In this document: piece after piece, positions 1 through 10,422 of the stretch
Position numbering within the stretch: position 1 is the first letter of the stretch
Layout: each line of letters begins with the position of its first letter
Assembly: GCA_965267575.1 (NCBI GenBank)
Contig: OZ254086.1
Span: forward strand, 1,504,001 to 1,568,000
Reading direction: 5' to 3'
Length of the DNA stretch: 64,000 bases
Source of the DNA: Calditrichales bacterium
GTDB taxonomy: Bacteria > Calditrichota > Calditrichia > Calditrichales > J004
Notes under the pieces: model-generated
Seen by the model: the letters and a program-made list of their open reading frames with translations, nothing else
Told to the model about the DNA's origin: nothing
Database searches by the model: none
Program-made: the position numbers and the translations under genes

Positions 1-81
1 TTTATTGATTACGCCCGCCATCAATTCACTTCCCGCATGGAGCGCCTGGAAAGAGGCCGTGTTGGGGAACTGCCTGAATAA
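1..81 (+). CDS. 3' end of a CDS truncated by the window edge, product unknown
   Basis: Frame 1 is open from base 1 (FIDYARHQFTSRMERLERGRVGELPE) to TAA at 79-81, followed by AT-rich intergenic DNA. Confidence 0.4.
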   Translation, partial: FIDYARHQFTSRMERLERGRVGELPE

Positions 82-179
82 TTCTTTGCTTTGATGGTTT
101 TAAACTTTTTTCTATTTTAGCGCCTGTTTAACAATTTAAACCCGCCCGAAACAATCCATAAAAAATTAAGGAGAAGCCT

Positions 180-3100
180 ATGCCTGCCAGATTAGTGCTT
201 GGGGTTATGCTGTTGTGCGGCCTGTTGTGGGCCCAAAGCAGCCACCCGCAGCTTGGCCTGGAAGAAAACAAGCCGCAAAAGGTGGCCTATACTTCGGCGA
301 CTATTGTGACCGAACCCGGGAAAACCCTCACCAAGGCGACACTGCTTGTCAATGAGGGCCGTATTGAAGCCGTGGGAACGGATGTAAAAATTCCGGTTGA
401 CGCCCGCGTTGTCGATGTTGAAGGCCGTTTTATTTATCCCGGCTTTGTAGAGCCTTACGCGCGCTACGGCGTTCCCGAGCTGAAAAAAGGCGAGCGCAAG
501 CCCGGCCCGGAGCCGACCATCGAGCAGAAGGGACGCATTTACTGGAATGAGGCTGTGCGCAGCCAACGCAATGCAGCCGATGAATTTCTGGCGGATAAAA
601 AGGAAGCCGAACAATGGCGCAAAGCGGGTTTCACCACGATTCAGACAAACGGCCTGGATGGTATTTTCCAGGGCGTCGGCGCAGTCGTTTCCAGCAATGA
701 AGAGGCCCCTAACAGGTTGATCCTTAATCCTGCCTCCGCGCAGTTTTTGTCTTTCAGCAAAGGCTCGGCCACGCAGGACTACCCCGGTTCACTGATGGGC
801 AGCATCGCTTTGATCCGCCAGGCGCTTAATGATGCCCAATGGTATGGCAAGGCTTGGAACGCCTTCTCCAAAAACCCGGCTCAGGCACGCCCCGAGCAGA
901 ACGTATCCCTTTCCGCCCTGCTACCGGTCGTTGAAAAAAAGCAGCCGGTTATCTTTGAAGTGAACAATCATCTTGACCTGCTGCGTGCCGCGGCCATCGC
1001 CGAAGAATTTGGCCTGCGTTTCATTTATAAATCGGGTGGCGATTCCTACAAGGACCTCGGCAACATCGGTCGCCTGAACAGCACACTGATCGTGCCGCTC
1101 AATTTTCCGGATAAGCCGGATGTGGCTGACGCCGACCGTGCCGCGGACGTCTCGCTTGAAGAATTGAAAGAGTGGGACGCCGCCCCCGAAAATCCGGCGC
1201 GCCTGGCCGGAGCAAATGTACGCTTCGCTTTTACCAGCCACGATCTGAAAAACAAAGACGACTATCTGAAAAATATCCGCCTGGCGGTAAAGCGCGGCCT
1301 GGATGAAACAACCGCCCTGGACGCGATGACGCGCATACCGGCAAACATCGCCGGCGTGGATAAACAGGCAGGCTCGCTGAAGCCGGGCATGCTGGCCAGT
1401 TTCGTTATTTGCGACGGCAACCTGTTTGAAGACGATACGCAGATTGAATCGCTGGTTGTGGAAGGCGCACATTTTGAAATTTCCGAGGCTCCGGAAACCG
1501 ATGCGCGCGGCGTGTATGACGTAGCTATAGACCAATCCGGCAGAATGTTTAAAATGGATATCAGCGGAAAACTCAAATCGCCAAAAGCATCATTTATGGC
1601 AGACTCCGTTAAGCTGGAAAGCTCCAACTTCAGCATCAGTGGCAGCAAGGTCACTTTTAATATCTCCGCGGATACGCTGGGCTTTACAGGCGTCACTCGC
1701 TTCACGGGGCGTCTGACTGAAGGCGAAGCGGCGGGCAGCGGGCTGAATGCCGACGGTTCCGTTTTTGCCTGGACGGCCAAACGCGTAAAACCGTTTGAAG
1801 AAAAAGAAGAAAAGAAAGAAACAGACGAGCAGCAGCCGGCGCTTTTCCCCACGGTTTATCCCGATATGGCTTATGGCCGCAAGGGCTTGCCGGATCAGCC
1901 ACAGGTCGTAGCCGTCACTAACGCCACCATCTGGACGGCGGGTGAGCAGGGCACTCTGCAAAATGCCGATATGATTGTCAAAAACGGTAAAATCAGCGCG
2001 GTGGGCAAAGGCCTCAGCATACCGGACAACGCGCTGGTCATTGACGGCAGCGGGCTGCACGTCACACCCGGCATCATCGATGAGCATTCGCATATTGCCA
2101 TCAGCCGGGGCGTGAACGAAGGCTCGCAGGCGGTAACATCGGAGGTGCGTATCGGGGATGTGGTAGACCCGACGAGCATCCATATCTATCGTCAGCTGGC
2201 CGGCGGTGTGACCACTTCGCAACTGTTGCATGGTTCCGCCAATCCCATCGGCGGGCAGGCCCAGGTAATCAAGCTGCGCTGGGGCGCCGATGCCGAAGGG
2301 CTGAAATTCAAAGAAGCACCGCCCACCATAAAATTTGCCCTGGGCGAGAATGTCAAACAGTCCAACTGGGGTGATTATTACACATCTCGTTATCCGCAAA
2401 CCCGCATGGGCGTTCGCGAAATTATGTATGATACGTTCCGTCGTGCCCGCGCCTATGAACAGGAATGGAAAGGTTACAACGCGCTCTCGTCCTCTAAAAA
2501 GGAGAGCACTGTTCCGCCGCGCCGCGACCTGGAGCTGGAGGCAATCGTTGAGATTTTAAACAGCGAGCGATTCATCCACTGCCATTCATACGTTCAAAGC
2601 GAGATATTGATGCTGATGCGCCTTGCCGAGGAGTTCGGCTTTACGGTGGGCACATTTACCCATATCCTGGAAGGCTACAAAGTGGCTTCGGAAATGGCGG
2701 AACACGGCGCCATGGCCAGCACCTTTTCCGACTGGTGGGCCTATAAGTTCGAGGTGTATGAAGCGATTCCCTACAACACAGCGTTGATGCATCGTGCCGG
2801 TGTCGTCACGTCCGTCAACTCCGATGACGCCGAGATGGCCCGTCGCCTCAATCAGGAATCGGCCAAGGCCATAAAATACGGCGATGTTACCGAAGAGGAT
2901 GCCCTAAAATTCTGCACAATCAACGCCGCGAAGCAATTAAAAGTTGAGCAGTATGTGGGCAGCCTGGAAGCCGGCAAGCATGCTGATTTTGTGCTCTGGA
3001 ACGACAACCCGCTTTCCGTTTACGCCAAGGTGCAGCAAACCTGGATCGATGGCCGGCGCTACTTTGATATCGCTGAAGACCAGGCGTTGCGGGCGGAAAT

Positions 3101-3236
3101 TACGCTGCAACGCAACGCGCTGATCCAGAAGGCGCTGGATGCGGATGGCCCGGCGGCTAAAGCGGGCAAGAAAAAGGCATCCGGATCGGACTACGACTGT
3201 CTGGATGTTCATGATTATGTAGGAGGCCTGCAATGA
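180..3236 (+). CDS. Exported amidohydrolase-family protein with two amidohydrolase domains
   Basis: Signal-peptide-like N-terminus; two copies of the fold (IYPGFVEPY...GSLKPGMLASFV and VTPGIIDEHSH...GSLEAGKHADFV); RBS AAGGAG. Confidence 0.85.
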   Translation: MPARLVLGVMLLCGLLWAQSSHPQLGLEENKPQKVAYTSATIVTEPGKTLTKATLLVNEGRIEAVGTDVKIPVDARVVDVEGRFIYPGFVEPYARYGVPELKKGERKPGPEPTIEQKGRIYWNEAVRSQRNAADEFLADKKEAEQWRKAGFTTIQTNGLDGIFQGVGAVVSSNEEAPNRLILNPASAQFLSFSKGSATQDYPGSLMGSIALIRQALNDAQWYGKAWNAFSKNPAQARPEQNVSLSALLPVVEKKQPVIFEVNNHLDLLRAAAIAEEFGLRFIYKSGGDSYKDLGNIGRLNSTLIVPLNFPDKPDVADADRAADVSLEELKEWDAAPENPARLAGANVRFAFTSHDLKNKDDYLKNIRLAVKRGLDETTALDAMTRIPANIAGVDKQAGSLKPGMLASFVICDGNLFEDDTQIESLVVEGAHFEISEAPETDARGVYDVAIDQSGRMFKMDISGKLKSPKASFMADSVKLESSNFSISGSKVTFNISADTLGFTGVTRFTGRLTEGEAAGSGLNADGSVFAWTAKRVKPFEEKEEKKETDEQQPALFPTVYPDMAYGRKGLPDQPQVVAVTNATIWTAGEQGTLQNADMIVKNGKISAVGKGLSIPDNALVIDGSGLHVTPGIIDEHSHIAISRGVNEGSQAVTSEVRIGDVVDPTSIHIYRQLAGGVTTSQLLHGSANPIGGQAQVIKLRWGADAEGLKFKEAPPTIKFALGENVKQSNWGDYYTSRYPQTRMGVREIMYDTFRRARAYEQEWKGYNALSSSKKESTVPPRRDLELEAIVEILNSERFIHCHSYVQSEILMLMRLAEEFGFTVGTFTHILEGYKVASEMAEHGAMASTFSDWWAYKFEVYEAIPYNTALMHRAGVVTSVNSDDAEMARRLNQESAKAIKYGDVTEEDALKFCTINAAKQLKVEQYVGSLEAGKHADFVLWNDNPLSVYAKVQQTWIDGRRYFDIAEDQALRAEITLQRNALIQKALDADGPAAKAGKKKASGSDYDCLDVHDYVGGLQ

Positions 3237-4525
3237 AACATATAATAATATTTTTAATGATCGCATGTACGGCGGCTGTTGCGCATGACATTGTACCCGG
3301 CAGCCCGCAAAGCCAGCCGATAGCGCTTGTTAACGGGAAGATTTACACCGTTTCCGGCAATGTAATCGAAAAAGGGACGCTTGTATTTGCGGATGGCAAG
3401 ATCAGCGCGCTCGGCGAATTTGTAGCTATCCCTGATGACGCCCGCGTGATAGACCTGGCGGGAAAGCATGTTTACCCGGGACTGATCGCCGCTTTTTCAC
3501 AGGTTGGCCTCGTGGAAATCAGCGCGGTGCGCGCCACACGCGATTTCAATGAAACCGGCTCTTTTAATCCCAATGCCCGTGCCGCTACAGCCTACAACAG
3601 CGATTCCGAGATCATACCCACGGTACGCAGCAATGGTATCACTTCGCTGAACATATCGCCCACGGGCGGACGCATCTCGGGGCTGGCTTCACTGATCAAC
3701 AGCGACGGCTGGACGGTTGAAGATGCCATGCTGAAAGAAAATACAGGCATGCTGCTGGACTGGCCGCGGATGACGGTTGTAAACGCCTGGTGGATGCGCA
3801 CACCGGCTGACAAACAAAAAGAGCAGATAAGCAAGAGTCTGGCTGAAATGGAGGATTATTTCGAGCTTGCGGCGGCCTATAACAAAGCGCGCAATGCCAA
3901 CCCCAAGACCACGGTCGATCTGCGCTTTGAAGCCATGCGCCCGGTGATGGCCGGGGAGATGCCGCTGTTTGTGCGCGCCGACGAGCTAAAGGAAATAGAA
4001 GCTGCCATCGACTTTTGCCGGCGCCACGAGCTGAAAATGATCCTGGTGAGCGGCCGTGACGTCTGGAAGGTTCCCGGCCTGTTGAAAGAAAACAACATCC
4101 CGGTTATTCTTCGCCAGACCCATGACCTGCCCGCCCGGGACGATGAGCCTTACGATATTGCCTTTCGCCGGCCCGCTATTCTGCATGAAGCCGGTGTGCA
4201 GTTTTGCATCAGCAAAACCAACACGGCCGATAGCTGGGATATACGTAACCTGCCGTTCCATGTTGGCAGCGCCGTCGCCCATGGGCTTGATTACGACGCA
4301 GCCTTAAAATCGATTACACTGTGGCCGGCGCAAATCTTAGGTGTGGCCGATCGTGTCGGTTCTCTGGAAACAGGCAAGGACGCCACGCTGATCGTCAGTG
4401 AAGGAGACATACTGGATATGCGCACAAGCAAGGTGACGCATATGTTTATTTCCGGCAGGGAAGTGGACCTGGATAATATGCAAAAAAGGCTGAACGAGAA
4501 ATACAAAGTGCGCTATAATCAATAG
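3233..4525 (+). CDS. Exported amidohydrolase-family protein, partner of the upstream gene
   Basis: Signal peptide; HVYPGLI and GSLETGKDATLIV motifs; ATGA overlap with the upstream gene. Confidence 0.85.
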   Translation: MKHIIIFLMIACTAAVAHDIVPGSPQSQPIALVNGKIYTVSGNVIEKGTLVFADGKISALGEFVAIPDDARVIDLAGKHVYPGLIAAFSQVGLVEISAVRATRDFNETGSFNPNARAATAYNSDSEIIPTVRSNGITSLNISPTGGRISGLASLINSDGWTVEDAMLKENTGMLLDWPRMTVVNAWWMRTPADKQKEQISKSLAEMEDYFELAAAYNKARNANPKTTVDLRFEAMRPVMAGEMPLFVRADELKEIEAAIDFCRRHELKMILVSGRDVWKVPGLLKENNIPVILRQTHDLPARDDEPYDIAFRRPAILHEAGVQFCISKTNTADSWDIRNLPFHVGSAVAHGLDYDAALKSITLWPAQILGVADRVGSLETGKDATLIVSEGDILDMRTSKVTHMFISGREVDLDNMQKRLNEKYKVRYNQ

Positions 4526-4527
4526 AT

Positions 4528-4561
4528 AAAAAAAGGCTGCCCGGTTGAGGCAGCCTTTTTT
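4528..4561. terminator. Bidirectional intrinsic terminator
   Basis: A-tract, GGCTGCC-loop-GGCAGCC hairpin, T-tract, between convergent genes. Confidence 0.85.
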
Positions 4562-4564
4562 GTT

Positions 4565-5509
4565 TTAGCGCGTTGATTCAAGATACCTGTAAAATTCGCT
4601 GTCCGTAGACAGAATCAGGACATCTTTTTCTGAAAACGTCTGTTCATAGGTCTCAAGCGTTTTCATAAAGCGGTAAAACTCCCGGGCCGAAGCGCTCCGG
4701 TTGTAGGCGGAAGCGTAAATGGCTGTTGCTTCAGCGTCGGCTTTACCGATGATCTCCTGCGCTTCGCGGTATGCCGTTGACTGTATGCGTTTGAGTTCAC
4801 GCTCCTTGTCACCGAGAATTTTGGAAGCCTCACCCTGACCCTCAGAGCGGAAGCGTTCGGCAATTCGTTTACGCTCGGCGATCATCTGCTCGTATATTTT
4901 CTCCCGCACTTCAGGAATGTAGTTTATCCGTTTAAAGCGCATGTCAAGCAATTCGATGCCCAGTTCTTTGGTTCGGTCGGCAGCGCGCATCAGGATCATA
5001 TTGGAAATCTGCGCGCGCCCTACCTCGATTTGCCCAAAATCTGCTTCGTTTTCATCTCCCAGCGTATCTGTAACAACCGGTGTACGGTTGGTGTTACGCA
5101 CAAGCTCTACCAGGTCGTGGCTGGCAACGGCGTTACGTGTTTCACCATCAAGGATGTCGTCGAGCCGGGCCTGGGCGCTGCGCTCATCACGCAAACGCTG
5201 AAAGAAAAGCAACGGATCGGAGATACGCCAGCGGGCATAAGCATCCACAAATATGAAACGCTTGTCCTTTGTCGGCACCTGGTTTTCATCACCGTCCCAC
5301 TCCAAAAAGCGCTTGTCAAAGAAATTGCTCTCTTCCAATAGCGGAATTTTGAAATGTATGCCCGGGTCTTTGATCGGCTCACGTACCGGTTTTCCAAAGC
5401 GGGTTATAATTACCTGCTGGGTTTCATTGACTATAAAGGCCGAGGAATACAGCACGATAAAGGCAACAATACCCACAATTATAGCGATGGTAGTTTTCTT
5501 ATTTTGCAT
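4565..5509 (-). CDS. hflC: FtsH protease modulator HflC
   Basis: SPFH domain (FGKPV, WRISDPLLF, MIAERKRIAERFRSEG); start moved to ATG 5509 (MQNKKTT), which follows a GGAGG RBS. Confidence 0.92.
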   Translation of the reverse strand: MQNKKTTIAIIVGIVAFIVLYSSAFIVNETQQVIITRFGKPVREPIKDPGIHFKIPLLEESNFFDKRFLEWDGDENQVPTKDKRFIFVDAYARWRISDPLLFFQRLRDERSAQARLDDILDGETRNAVASHDLVELVRNTNRTPVVTDTLGDENEADFGQIEVGRAQISNMILMRAADRTKELGIELLDMRFKRINYIPEVREKIYEQMIAERKRIAERFRSEGQGEASKILGDKERELKRIQSTAYREAQEIIGKADAEATAIYASAYNRSASAREFYRFMKTLETYEQTFSEKDVLILSTDSEFYRYLESTR

Positions 5510-6482
5510 TCTTAAGACCCTCCTCCAGATTAAAGAGCGGCAGGATACCACTGGCCTGGTCGTTAGTGATGAGTTTGCGGCCCACTTTACCCAGAATGTT
5601 ATTAAGCGTTTCAAGATAAAGCCGCTGGCGTGTTACCTCCGGCGCCTTTAAATATTCGCCGTAAAGAGAATTGAAGCGATTGGCCTCACCCTGTGCGCGG
5701 TTAACACGCTCAAGAGCATAACCACGGGCTTCTTCGATCTGCTGCTGCGCCTGACCTTCGGCTTTCGGAATTACCCGGTTATATTCCGATTGGGCCTGGC
5801 TGATAAGCTTCTTTTTCTCCTGCTCAGCTTCGTTTACCTCGTTAAAGGATGCCTTTACTTCGTCCGGCGGATTCACGTCCTGCAATACCACCTGCTCTAC
5901 TTTAATCCCGGTGGAGTACTGGTCGGCCAGCTCCTGCAGCATCACCTGCACGGTTGTTTCAATCTCGCTGCGGCCCACGGTGATGATCTCGTTTACCGTG
6001 CGATCACCGACAACCTCGCGCATAACGGCCTCGGTTATGTCACGAAAGGTGTTCCTGGTGTTGCGTACTTTAAACAGGTACAAATAAGGATCGCTGATAC
6101 GGTACTGGACAATCCATTCCACATCGGCTGCGTTAAGGTCACCCGTCAGCATAAGCGATTCGTTTTCGTAATCACGCGTTGAATATTGCGTCCTTACGTC
6201 GGCTTGTACCGTACGAAATCCGAATTCTTCCTTCTGCTGGCGCTCAACCGCTACTTTGTTAACCCGCTCAATGCCAAAAGGCATAACCAGGTTAAGGCCG
6301 GGATCTATGGTTCTGTCGTATTTGCCAAGGCGTAAAACAACGCCAACTTCTTCCGGACTTATTGTTACAAAGCTGGAATAAAGAAAAAAGATGAGCAGAA
6401 TACCGCCAAGTATCCATTTCACATTCTTGGTGGACAGGCTTGGTGGTCTCAGATTGTTAAGATCAAAAGGTTGCTCTGCCAT
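5499..6482 (-). CDS. hflK: FtsH protease modulator HflK
   Basis: MLTGDLN, LQDVNPPDEV, APEVTRQRLYLET; directly upstream of hflC. Confidence 0.92.
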   Translation of the reverse strand: MAEQPFDLNNLRPPSLSTKNVKWILGGILLIFFLYSSFVTISPEEVGVVLRLGKYDRTIDPGLNLVMPFGIERVNKVAVERQQKEEFGFRTVQADVRTQYSTRDYENESLMLTGDLNAADVEWIVQYRISDPYLYLFKVRNTRNTFRDITEAVMREVVGDRTVNEIITVGRSEIETTVQVMLQELADQYSTGIKVEQVVLQDVNPPDEVKASFNEVNEAEQEKKKLISQAQSEYNRVIPKAEGQAQQQIEEARGYALERVNRAQGEANRFNSLYGEYLKAPEVTRQRLYLETLNNILGKVGRKLITNDQASGILPLFNLEEGLKNAK

Positions 6483-6559
6483 TATACCTCCCGTTTAGGT
6501 GTTGGTTTACGGTCAATTTAGAAAGTCACCGTAAATAATTCAAAGTATTAGAAAAGGCC

Positions 6560-6587
6560 AAAAAAAACCCCCGGACAAATCGGGGGC
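6560..6587 (-). terminator. Intrinsic terminator after bcp
   Basis: On the minus strand, CCCCCG-loop-CGGGGG followed by a T run. Confidence 0.7.
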
Positions 6588-6611
6588 ATTATTAAAGCAC
6601 TTATGTCGCCG

Positions 6612-7121
6612 CTATTGTTTTTCCAGAACGGCCATGATCTGGGATGCGTGATTGGATGTATCCACCTTATCAAAGATGTGCATTATTTTCCCGTTTTCAT
6701 CGATCAAAAATGTAATGCGTTTGGGAAACATAATGCCGGTGATAGTGCCCTTTGCGCCATATTTTTCCGCCACCTCTTTTTCAGTGTCGGCAAGCAGTGG
6801 AAAAGGCAGGTCATACTTCTCGGCAAACTCGCGATGCGACGTGGTGTCGTCATAGCTTACGCCCAGGATGGCAATGCCTGCTTCCTGCAGGGCCGAGTAG
6901 TTATCACGCAGGTTGCAGGCTTCGGCGGTGCAGCCGGGCGTATCGTTTTTGGGGTAAAAATACAAAGCCACCTTTTGGCCTTTATATTCGCTCAGGCTGT
7001 GCACTTTCCCCTGGTAATCATAAAGCTTGAAATCAGGCGCAGGATCACCCACCTTCAGGTCATCCCCGGCAAAGGCAAATAGTACCATTGATAAGACTCC
7101 GCTTAAGACATATTTTAGCAT
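6612..7121 (-). CDS. bcp: Peroxiredoxin, BCP/PrxQ family, with N-terminal signal peptide
   Basis: YFYPKNDTPGCTAEAC motif; start at ATG 7121 after AAGGAG. Confidence 0.88.
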   Translation of the reverse strand: MLKYVLSGVLSMVLFAFAGDDLKVGDPAPDFKLYDYQGKVHSLSEYKGQKVALYFYPKNDTPGCTAEACNLRDNYSALQEAGIAILGVSYDDTTSHREFAEKYDLPFPLLADTEKEVAEKYGAKGTITGIMFPKRITFLIDENGKIMHIFDKVDTSNHASQIMAVLEKQ

Positions 7122-7208
7122 AATTGTTGCTCCTTGTTTGGTCGTTTTCTGCTGATTATCAACGGTATAGTTTATCGTTTTATTCAATTAATATCGAGGG
7201 GAATAAAA

Positions 7209-7829
7209 ATGCGCTACTGTCCTTACTGTTCTGCCGCCGTTTCAGAAAAATCTAACACTTGCCATAATTGCAAAAAATCCCTGGATCTGGAACAGGTCCG
7301 CGAAGTCTATCGCGCTTCCGGGGGCGGGGAGAGTGCCGAGATAAACAAGCAGGCCGTACGCCGCCTGTGGCTGCAGGAGCATATGCGCTATATAATGCCG
7401 GCCATTACCCTTTTGGCCGGTTTAGCAATCGGTGCGTTGATTGCTTTTGTTGCCATGAAAGCATCGTTTGCCGCGGAAAAATCGGCCCTTACCCAAAACA
7501 TCGCCTCGCTTCGCGACAGCCTGACGCAGCAGCGGCAAATGTCCATGGCCGCCCGCGGTGACCTGGCCAGCGACCTTGAGACAAAAGACAAGATCATCAG
7601 CCTCCTGTCCGATCAACGCGAAACCATGGCGCGCGTAATCAACTTTACGCGACGTCTGGCCAACAACAGCCAGATCATCCCGGCCAGTGACAGCGAATCG
7701 CAATATTATCGCAACAATGTGCGCTACCTGATACGCCAGTACGAGCAACAACAGGAAGAGCTTATCTCAGCCGGCGCGGAAAGCCCGCCAAATTATAACC
7801 TGGAGACCGTGCCGCAAATGCTTGAATAA
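7209..7829 (+). CDS. Hypothetical membrane protein: zinc ribbon, one TM helix, coiled coil
   Basis: CPYC...CHNC at the N-terminus, hydrophobic segment, helical C-terminus; start at ATG 7209 after GAGGGG. Confidence 0.7.
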   Translation: MRYCPYCSAAVSEKSNTCHNCKKSLDLEQVREVYRASGGGESAEINKQAVRRLWLQEHMRYIMPAITLLAGLAIGALIAFVAMKASFAAEKSALTQNIASLRDSLTQQRQMSMAARGDLASDLETKDKIISLLSDQRETMARVINFTRRLANNSQIIPASDSESQYYRNNVRYLIRQYEQQQEELISAGAESPPNYNLETVPQMLE

Positions 7830-7947
7830 GATTGTTTCCTTCATGACAGTAAATAAATAGGGCAAAAAATCATTATTCGTTGATTTTTTGTCAATAAAAT
7901 GTTGTAGATTATTAGGCCTTTTTAGCTCCGCTTAAAGCCTAATACCA

Positions 7948-10197
7948 ATGGAGGGAAAAATGATCCGCAGAGAGGATGCCCTTAAATACCACTCCGAAGG
8001 GCGTAAAGGAAAAGTAGAAGTTATACCCACCAAACCCTGCATAACCCAACGCGATTTAAGTCTGGCTTATACGCCGGGCGTAGCCGAGCCTTGCCGCGAT
8101 ATTCACAAAGATGTGGATAAAGTATATGAATATACCGCCAAGGGAAACCTGGTGGCCGTTGTTACAAACGGAACGGCCGTTTTAGGTCTGGGTGATATCG
8201 GCCCCGAAGCAGGCAAACCCGTTATGGAAGGCAAGGGCGTTTTGTTCAAGCGCTTTGCCGATATCGACGTTTTTGACATTGAATTGGCTACACATGACGC
8301 TGATGAAATCATTAAGGCGGTGCAGCTTCTGGAGCCGACTTTCGGCGGTATTAACCTGGAGGATATTAAAGCGCCGGAATGCTTTTACATTGAAGAAAAG
8401 CTGAAAGAGACATTGAATATCCCCGTTTTTCATGATGACCAGCATGGGACGGCGATTATTTCCGCCGCAGCCCTGTTGAATGCGCTGGAGCTGCAGAACA
8501 AGAAAATCGAAGAGGTAAAAGTGATCATGAGCGGGGCGGGAGCGGCCGGGATCGCCTGCGCCAACCTCTACATCGACCTGGGCGTGCGCAAGGAAAACCT
8601 TTACCTGGTTGATTCAAAAGGTTTGGTTTACAAGGGCCGTAAGGAAGGAATGAATCTTTATAAGGAAAGACTGGCTAACGGCGACGGCCCGGCAGACCTG
8701 GCGCAGATGATGAAAGGCGCGGATGTTTTTGCCGGGGTCTCAGTAGCGGGACTGGTCACAAAAGAGATGGTGAAGAGCATGGCCGATAAGCCGATTATTT
8801 TTGCCATGGCCAATCCCGATCCCGAGATAAGCTACGACGACGCCATCAGTGTTCGCGATGATATAATCATGGCTACGGGCCGCTCCGATTTTCCGAACCA
8901 GGTCAATAACGTTCTTGGTTTCCCTTTTATCTTCCGTGGGGCGCTGGACGTTCGCGCAAAAGCCATAAATGATGAGATGAAAATAGCCGCCGTAAAAGCG
9001 CTGGCTGCCCTGGCCCGAGAAGATGTGCCCGACTCCGTGATCCGCGCTTACGGCAGCAGCCCAATCCACTTTGGCAAGGAGTACATTATTCCCAAGCCGT
9101 TTGACCCACGCGTTCTGACCTGGGAAGCTGCCGCCGTGGCCAAAGCTGCCGTTGAGACAGGTGTTGCCAGAAAAACAATCAAAGATTGGGATGCTTACCG
9201 CTACAACCTGGAAAGCCGCCTGGGCAAATCCTATGAGATTATGCGCTTCCTGATCAACAAGGCGCGCCACACTAATAAACGCATAGTTTTTCCGGAAGGC
9301 GAGGAACTGCAGATTCTGCGTGCCACCCAGATCCTTATTGATGAGCAGATTGCCCGCCCCGTATTGATCGGTAACGAGATGGTGATCAAGAAGCTGGCTT
9401 CGGAAAATGAGCTGAGCATTGAGAGCGCCGAGATCATTGACGCGGGCACCTTTGCCCAGATGCCCGAATACGTGGATGACCTGCACAAACTGCGCCGCCG
9501 CAAGGGCATGACCAGGAACATGTGCCGGCGCCTTCTCATCAACGAGCCCAATATGCTGGGTGTGATGATGGTTAAAAAGGGCCACGCCGACGCCATGCTG
9601 TCCGGGGTGAACCATTATTACCCTGAGGTGATCCGCCCGGCCCTGCAGATACTGGAAGTAGACAAAGCCAAAAAGGTCGTAGCCGGATTGTACATGATGG
9701 TGGTAAATAACGAAACCATATTTTTTGCCGACACCACCGTCAACATTACGCCGGACGCCGAAGCGCTGGCGCAGATTGCGATCCTGTCTGCCGACGAAGT
9801 GAAAAAGTTCAACATCGAGCCACGCGTGGCCATGCTCTCTTTCAGCAACTTTGGCAGCGTGCGCCATCCTTTGACTGAGAAAGTGGCTGACGCGACGCGG
9901 CTGGTTAAACAGCGCCGCCCGGATATAGAAATCGACGGGGAGCTGCAGGTGGATCCGGCCCTTGATGAAGAATTACTCAGGAAAAATTATGGCTGGAGCG
10001 ATCTGAAAGGACGGGCTAATGTACTGATCTTCCCGTCGCTGGAGGCCGGCAACATCGCCTACAAGCTGATGGCGCGGCTGGGCGGTGCGGAAGCAATCGG
10101 GCCTATTCTTGTGGGTCTGGAAAAATCAGTCCACGTGCTGCAGCGTAACAGCGATGTGGATACTATTGTCCGCATGAGCGCGATCGCGGCGATTTAA
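7948..10197 (+). CDS. maeB: NADP-dependent malic enzyme fused to a phosphotransacetylase-like domain
   Basis: [43 protein letters not shown]-like [10 protein letters not shown]; alternative start 7960. Confidence 0.95.
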   Translation: MEGKMIRREDALKYHSEGRKGKVEVIPTKPCITQRDLSLAYTPGVAEPCRDIHKDVDKVYEYTAKGNLVAVVTNGTAVLGLGDIGPEAGKPVMEGKGVLFKRFADIDVFDIELATHDADEIIKAVQLLEPTFGGINLEDIKAPECFYIEEKLKETLNIPVFHDDQHGTAIISAAALLNALELQNKKIEEVKVIMSGAGAAGIACANLYIDLGVRKENLYLVDSKGLVYKGRKEGMNLYKERLANGDGPADLAQMMKGADVFAGVSVAGLVTKEMVKSMADKPIIFAMANPDPEISYDDAISVRDDIIMATGRSDFPNQVNNVLGFPFIFRGALDVRAKAINDEMKIAAVKALAALAREDVPDSVIRAYGSSPIHFGKEYIIPKPFDPRVLTWEAAAVAKAAVETGVARKTIKDWDAYRYNLESRLGKSYEIMRFLINKARHTNKRIVFPEGEELQILRATQILIDEQIARPVLIGNEMVIKKLASENELSIESAEIIDAGTFAQMPEYVDDLHKLRRRKGMTRNMCRRLLINEPNMLGVMMVKKGHADAMLSGVNHYYPEVIRPALQILEVDKAKKVVAGLYMMVVNNETIFFADTTVNITPDAEALAQIAILSADEVKKFNIEPRVAMLSFSNFGSVRHPLTEKVADATRLVKQRRPDIEIDGELQVDPALDEELLRKNYGWSDLKGRANVLIFPSLEAGNIAYKLMARLGGAEAIGPILVGLEKSVHVLQRNSDVDTIVRMSAIAAI

Positions 10198-10217
10198 TTT
10201 TGCATTTATCCGGAAAA

Positions 10218-10302
10218 GGTCCCGGCGCAATGGCCGGGATGACAGTCTGGTCGGCAATCTGTTACGTCATCCCGGCTGGCGCATAGCCACGCCGGGATCT
10301 CC
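10218..10302. repeat. Back-to-back pair of REP-like palindromes (GTCATCCCGGC...GCCGGGA family)
   Basis: 10218-10243 reads GTCATCCCGGCCATTGCGCCGGGACC on minus; 10266-10302 reads GTCATCCCGGCTGGCGCATAGCCACGCCGGGATCTCC on plus. Confidence 0.75.
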
Positions 10303-10367
10303 TGCCGGGAGCAGGTTCATTCAATGCTTCGGGTATTTCTGATGAAAAATAGATAACGAAAAAGAAA

Positions 10368-10422
10368 AAGACTACCCGACATCAAGACCCCAGACCCCGG
10401 GACTTCCTGACCTCATGACCCT
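10368..10422. repeat. Degenerate 8-bp tandem array (NNGACNNC, AAGACTTC-like), single arm
   Basis: aagactac ccgacatc aagacccc agacccc gggacttc ctgacctc atgaccct; same unit family as 22261-22340. Confidence 0.7.

Noticed and set aside
8740-9867. Long antisense ORFs (also 12216-13217, 16722-17807, 19711-20646, 21052-21990, 25524-26621)
   Set aside because: They are shadows of well-supported genes on the opposite strand and carry no recognisable motifs.
10150-10200. MaeB C-terminus looks a few residues short (ends AIAAI) next to the repeat cluster
   Set aside because: All domains are present and the difference is too small to call a truncation without an ortholog alignment.
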